Shown piece after piece: positions 39,676-43,311 of a DNA stretch of 43,311 nucleotides. The notes under the pieces were generated by a model. That model made no database searches, was not told the DNA's origin, and saw only the letters and a list, made by a program, of their open reading frames with translations. The number at the start of each line of letters is the position of its first letter. Position 1 is the first letter of the stretch. Source of the stretch: Gammaproteobacteria bacterium (GTDB taxonomy: Bacteria > Pseudomonadota > Gammaproteobacteria > GCA-2400775); contig JAESQP010000144.1 in the NCBI GenBank assembly GCA_016765075.1, positions 1 through 43,311 on the forward strand, read 5' to 3'. The position numbers were made by a program, and so were the translations under genes.

Positions 39676-40047
39676 TTAGCTAATAAGTAATTGAATTTCG
39701 TGCGCTTTAGATTTCCCATGAAGGCCAGTAAGTTGCAACACGCCTTTGATATCCTGCGAGATAGACAGTTGCAGTAAATTTTCTTCATCGAGAACCTTGC
39801 TAAGTAGTTCATATTGTTTGCTATTACCTGAGCGATAGACCGCAAATATTTGTTCTTTATTGCGCTGAATTTTTTTTAGAATTTTCCCAATGTCATCGCT
39901 GCTAACGCTTTCATTGACAGGGTAGTATCCGATGATTTTATTATCTTTCTCTGTAATTAAGCCCAGCGCAGAATTTTTACCGGCAAGTTGTGCTTGATGT
40001 AATAAGGCATTAACCATAGGCCGTGGTAGGGTGATAGTGTCAATCAT
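39676..40047 (-). CDS. MPN/JAB (Mov34)-like domain protein lacking the JAMM metal-binding motif
   Basis: 123 aa. LPRPMVNALLHQAQLAGKNSALGLI aligns by eye with the N-terminus of prokaryotic JAB proteins (...AHA.....EACG.I). AVYRSGNS occupies the place of the YHSHP metal site. Confidence 0.55.
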   Translation of the reverse strand: MIDTITLPRPMVNALLHQAQLAGKNSALGLITEKDNKIIGYYPVNESVSSDDIGKILKKIQRNKEQIFAVYRSGNSKQYELLSKVLDEENLLQLSISQDIKGVLQLTGLHGKSKAHEIQLLIS

Positions 40048-40048
40048 T

Positions 40049-40891
40049 TTAGCCTATCCATTGCGCGCTGATTGCGCGGGGTTGTTGTGCATAGTCGTTA
40101 TGTCCATTGACTTGGTTATAGCCAAGTATTTTTAATTTATCAATAAGTTTGTCTTGTTGTGCAAAGCCATGTTCGAGCAGTAAATAAGCCTTTGTTTTTA
40201 GATGGTGTGTTGCCTGTTCGGCGATATGAAATAAATCGGCATAACCATTGTTTTCTGCGCTTAAGGCAGTTGCTGGTTCAAAGCGTACGTCGCCTTGTTG
40301 TAGGTGCTTGTCGTTTGCTGCGATATAAGGTGGATTGCTAACGATCAAATCATATTTCTGTTGTTGTAGATTTTCAAACCAATTACTGTGCAGAAATTTA
40401 ACGTTGTTGATATTGTGTTTCTGCGCGTTGTGTTGGGCGATAGCTAACGCATTGTTGGATGTGTCGCAGGCATCGATATGGCTGTTGCTGCGCTCAACGG
40501 CAAGGGCCAGTGCGATGGCGCCGCTACCGGTGCCAAGGTCGGCAATACGACAGGCCTGCTTTTTATCAATATATTGCAGTGCTAATTCGACCAATAACTC
40601 GGTTTCGGGTCGTGGAATGAGAGTGTGTTGGTTAACGACGAGTTCAAGCGACCAGAACTCGCGTTTGCCAACGATGTATGCAAGTGGTTCGCCTCGTTCA
40701 CGACGTTGTATGAATTGCTCGCAGCTGTCTAAGGTCTTGGTATTTAGTGTGTCATCATTGCGCGTGAAAAGTTGTGTGCGTGACAAGCCAAATGAATGGC
40801 AAAGCAATAATTCGGCATCGAGGCGAGGGCTATCCGAAACTGTTTGTAGACGTTGTGTCGTGTTGTCTAATACGTGAGCAATGGTTGCCAT
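40049..40891 (-). CDS. prmC: Peptide chain release factor N5-glutamine methyltransferase
   Basis: 280 aa. DLGTGSGAIALALA and VSNPPYI. Confidence 0.95.
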   Translation of the reverse strand: MATIAHVLDNTTQRLQTVSDSPRLDAELLLCHSFGLSRTQLFTRNDDTLNTKTLDSCEQFIQRRERGEPLAYIVGKREFWSLELVVNQHTLIPRPETELLVELALQYIDKKQACRIADLGTGSGAIALALAVERSNSHIDACDTSNNALAIAQHNAQKHNINNVKFLHSNWFENLQQQKYDLIVSNPPYIAANDKHLQQGDVRFEPATALSAENNGYADLFHIAEQATHHLKTKAYLLLEHGFAQQDKLIDKLKILGYNQVNGHNDYAQQPRAISAQWIG

Positions 40892-40897
40892 AATTTT

Positions 40898-41986
40898 TCA
40901 GGTTTCGTCAGATATAGCGGCGAGTTGATCGGCCTGGTGTTCTTTAATCAATTCATCAATGACTATATCGGCATTGCCTTGCATCATGTCTTCTAACTTG
41001 TATAGGGTCAGGTTGATACGATGATCGGTCACGCGACCTTGTGGGAAGTTATAGGTGCGTATGCGTCCCGAACGGTCGCCACTACCAACTAATTGACGCC
41101 GCGTATCGGCTTCGGTTTTGGCTTTTTTTTCTTCCTCAGCAGCAAGCAGACGCGCTTTTAAGACGGACATGGCGCGGGCGCGGTTTTTATGTTGTGAGCG
41201 CTCATCCTGACATTCGACGACCACGCCAGTGGGTAAATGCGTGAGGCGTACTGCAGAATCGGTTTTGTTGACGTGTTGCCCCCCTGCACCGGATGCGCGA
41301 TAAGTATCGACTTTAAGGTCGGCAGGATTAATTTCGATCTCTTCGATTTCATCAGCCTCTGGCATAACCGCAACGGTGCAAGCTGAGGTATGAATGCGGC
41401 CTTGTGATTCGGTTTCAGGCACACGTTGCACACGATGGCCGCCGGACTCAAATTTTAATCGTGAATAAGCACCTTGTCCGACTAAGCGCATAATGACTTC
41501 TTTAAAACCGCCATGTTCACCAGCATTACTGCTAATAATTTCTGTTTGCCAGCCTTTGTTTTCTGCATAACGTGAATACATGCGAAATAAATCACCGGCA
41601 AAAATGGCTGCTTCGTCACCGCCTGTGCCAGCACGCACCTCAAGGAAGATGTTGCTGTTATCGTGGGGGTCGGTGGGCAGTAAGAGCAACTGTAATTCTT
41701 GTTCGAATTCTTCTCGACGTGTTTCGCCATCACTAAATTCGTCTTTGGCCATCTCACGAAGGTCAAGATCGCTGTCTTTCATCATCTCTTTGGCGCTTTC
41801 GATATCTTCAATCGTCTTTTGATGATTGTTAAAACACCGTACGATGGGGTCGAGCTTCGAATATTCCTGCGACAGACTGCGAAAACGGTTTTGATCGCTC
41901 ATGATGTCTGGCTCGGAGAGCAGTGCGCTGATTTCTTCTAAGCGTTCGCTTATATTTTCGAGTTTGGCAATGATGCTGGTTTTCAC
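40898..41986 (-). CDS. prfA: Peptide chain release factor 1
   Basis: 362 aa. [20 protein letters not shown] (PxT tripeptide) and [16 protein letters not shown] (GGQ). Confidence 0.97.
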   Translation of the reverse strand: MKTSIIAKLENISERLEEISALLSEPDIMSDQNRFRSLSQEYSKLDPIVRCFNNHQKTIEDIESAKEMMKDSDLDLREMAKDEFSDGETRREEFEQELQLLLLPTDPHDNSNIFLEVRAGTGGDEAAIFAGDLFRMYSRYAENKGWQTEIISSNAGEHGGFKEVIMRLVGQGAYSRLKFESGGHRVQRVPETESQGRIHTSACTVAVMPEADEIEEIEINPADLKVDTYRASGAGGQHVNKTDSAVRLTHLPTGVVVECQDERSQHKNRARAMSVLKARLLAAEEEKKAKTEADTRRQLVGSGDRSGRIRTYNFPQGRVTDHRINLTLYKLEDMMQGNADIVIDELIKEHQADQLAAISDET

Positions 41987-42004
41987 TGAGAGTCCGTATT
42001 ATTT

Positions 42005-43261
42005 TTAGGTGTCTTGGTCTTTAATGCCGAGTAATTCACGGGCAACGTCGATGACGTTATTGCGGCCTTCGTAGCTGGCTTTTTTCATTTGCGAGCTGGG
42101 TTGATGAATGAGTTTATTGGTGAGGTTATAAGCAAAGCGTTTTAATACCTCATTTGCATTCGCACCGCGTTCTATAAGCTGTAAGGCTTTTTGTAATTCA
42201 TCATCGCGCAGTTGTTCAGCACTTTGTCGATAGGCACCAATGGTGAGGCCAGCATCGAGTGACTGTAGCCAGCCGTTAAAGTGTATGACTTGTACTTCGA
42301 TGATTTCTTCGGCCTGTGCAGCAGCTTGTTGGCGTGAGCGTAGCCCTTCGTTAATGATGTCTTGTAGGTCGTCGACGCTGTAGAGATAAACATCATCCAG
42401 CTTGCTGACCTCGGGTTCGATATCGCGTGGCACTGCAAGATCAACCATTAGCATGGGTTTATGTTTGCGTTGTTTTAAGGCACGTTCAACAGCACCTTTG
42501 CCGAGTATGGGTAATTGACTGGCGGTTGATGAGATGACTATGTCGGCATACTGTAACTGGTCTGGCATTGCGGCCAATGCCACGGCTTTGCCGCCAAGCT
42601 CACTAGCAAGTTTTTGCGCGCGCTCAACGGTACGGTTAGCAATGATTAGTTTGCCCATACCCGCTTTGCGCAGGTGCCTGGCAGTTAGCTCAATGGTTTC
42701 ACCTGCGCCAATGAGTAACGCCGTATGTTTTTCAAAATCACTAAAAATTTGTTTAGCCAGGCTGACCGCAGCAAAGGCAACAGAGACGGGACTCGCGCCA
42801 ATGGCGGTATCGGTGCGTACTTGTTTGGCGACAGAAAAAACATGCTGATAAACACCGTTAAGCATACGCCCGACAGTGCCTGCTTGTTTGGCATTGCTGT
42901 AGGCATCTTTCACTTGGCCTAAAATTTGTGGTTCACCCAAGATCATGGAATCAAGTCCGCTGGCAACGCGCATCAGGTGGCGCACAGCATTTTGTTCGGG
43001 CAAGACGTAAATATAGGGTTCGACTTCTTCCCGAGTCAGGCCATGATAGTGACGAAACCAGTTGAGGATGTGCTCACTATCATTAGGTGCGGCCGAGCAA
43101 AGCAATTCGGTTCGATTGCAGGTCGACAGTATGCTGGCTTCACTGGCAGGCGTTTTGCCGATGAGTTCACGCAAAGCATCGAGCAATCGCTCGGGCGCGA
43201 ATGCCACGCGCTCACGCACGGCAAGCGGTGCGGTCTTGTGGTTTATTCCGATGGCAATTAT
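42005..43261 (-). CDS. hemA: Glutamyl-tRNA reductase (5' end unresolved; frame is open to the window edge)
   Basis: IIAIGINHKTAPLAVRERVAF, STCNRTELL and LIGAGETIELTARHL. The ORF-track GTG at 43219 cuts off the conserved GINHKTAP. There is no ATG, GTG or TTG between 43220 and 43309. Confidence 0.9.
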   Translation of the reverse strand: MIAIGINHKTAPLAVRERVAFAPERLLDALRELIGKTPASEASILSTCNRTELLCSAAPNDSEHILNWFRHYHGLTREEVEPYIYVLPEQNAVRHLMRVASGLDSMILGEPQILGQVKDAYSNAKQAGTVGRMLNGVYQHVFSVAKQVRTDTAIGASPVSVAFAAVSLAKQIFSDFEKHTALLIGAGETIELTARHLRKAGMGKLIIANRTVERAQKLASELGGKAVALAAMPDQLQYADIVISSTASQLPILGKGAVERALKQRKHKPMLMVDLAVPRDIEPEVSKLDDVYLYSVDDLQDIINEGLRSRQQAAAQAEEIIEVQVIHFNGWLQSLDAGLTIGAYRQSAEQLRDDELQKALQLIERGANANEVLKRFAYNLTNKLIHQPSSQMKKASYEGRNNVIDVARELLGIKDQDT

Positions 43262-43292
43262 GGCGTCAAGGCGATTACCGGGCAGGTGGGTG

Positions 43293-43311
43293 CTAGGGAG
43301 CCTCTGACTAA
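43293..43311. repeat. Element terminus at the window edge upstream of hemA
   Basis: CTAGGGAGCCTCT (43293-43305) is the reverse complement of the 13-mer at 20426-20438. GGAGCCTCTGA also matches the reverse complement of 1131-1141. The rest of any element lies outside the window. Confidence 0.4.

Noticed and set aside
40335-40877. 180-aa ORF antisense to prmC
   Set aside because: It is fully contained in prmC on the opposite strand, is Cys/Ser/Arg-rich, and resembles no family.

Overview
This window looks like core chromosome from a gammaproteobacterium, with a Pseudomonas/Oceanospirillales-like gene order and intermediate GC by eye. Almost all of it is housekeeping, and about 47 protein genes plus one tRNA are supportable.

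Gene content, in order:
- DUF302 (partial), yqhA, and an EamA permease translationally coupled to bioA.
- A TetR regulator followed by a GST, a ChrR-like cupin and a YfcG-like GST.
- The macromolecular-synthesis operon rpsU-yqeY-dnaG-rpoD, followed by tRNA-Ile2(CAU).
- moeB divergent from moaA-moaC-moaD-moaE-tsaD.
- An NTF2-like ORF, then plsY divergent from folB-folK, a pteridine-reductase-like SDR, a DUF185 methyltransferase and a SixA-like phosphatase.
- ppk-ppx.
- A 13-gene minus-strand cell-wall and lipoate run: mreBCD-mrdA-rodA-mltB-rlpA-dac-dat-ybeD-lipB-lipA.
- gatCAB, a small MPN/JAB-like ORF, and hemA-prfA-prmC.

I recognise no transposase, phage, CRISPR, toxin-antitoxin or defence genes, and I cannot point to a novel protein-encoded system.

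The unusual content is noncoding:
- Several intergenic gaps are filled by long imperfect palindromes: 13101-13394, 24149-24440, 33411-33544 and 39523-39674. There are shorter or partial copies at about 1055-1145, 20354-20439 and the window edge at 43293.
- These share sequence modules. Their GGAGCCTCT-type termini sit directly against stop and start codons.

Other points of interest:
- mreC (strong case) and hemA (weaker case) have conserved N-termini with no canonical start codon.
- A perfect 19-bp hairpin lies between mreB and mreC.
- A 175-nt two-tier hairpin lies between rpoD and the tRNA.
- The MPN/JAB-like protein appears catalytically dead.
- There is a candidate TetR operator-promoter upstream of the first GST.

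All homology statements come from reading the translations and from remembered family motifs. No searches were run.
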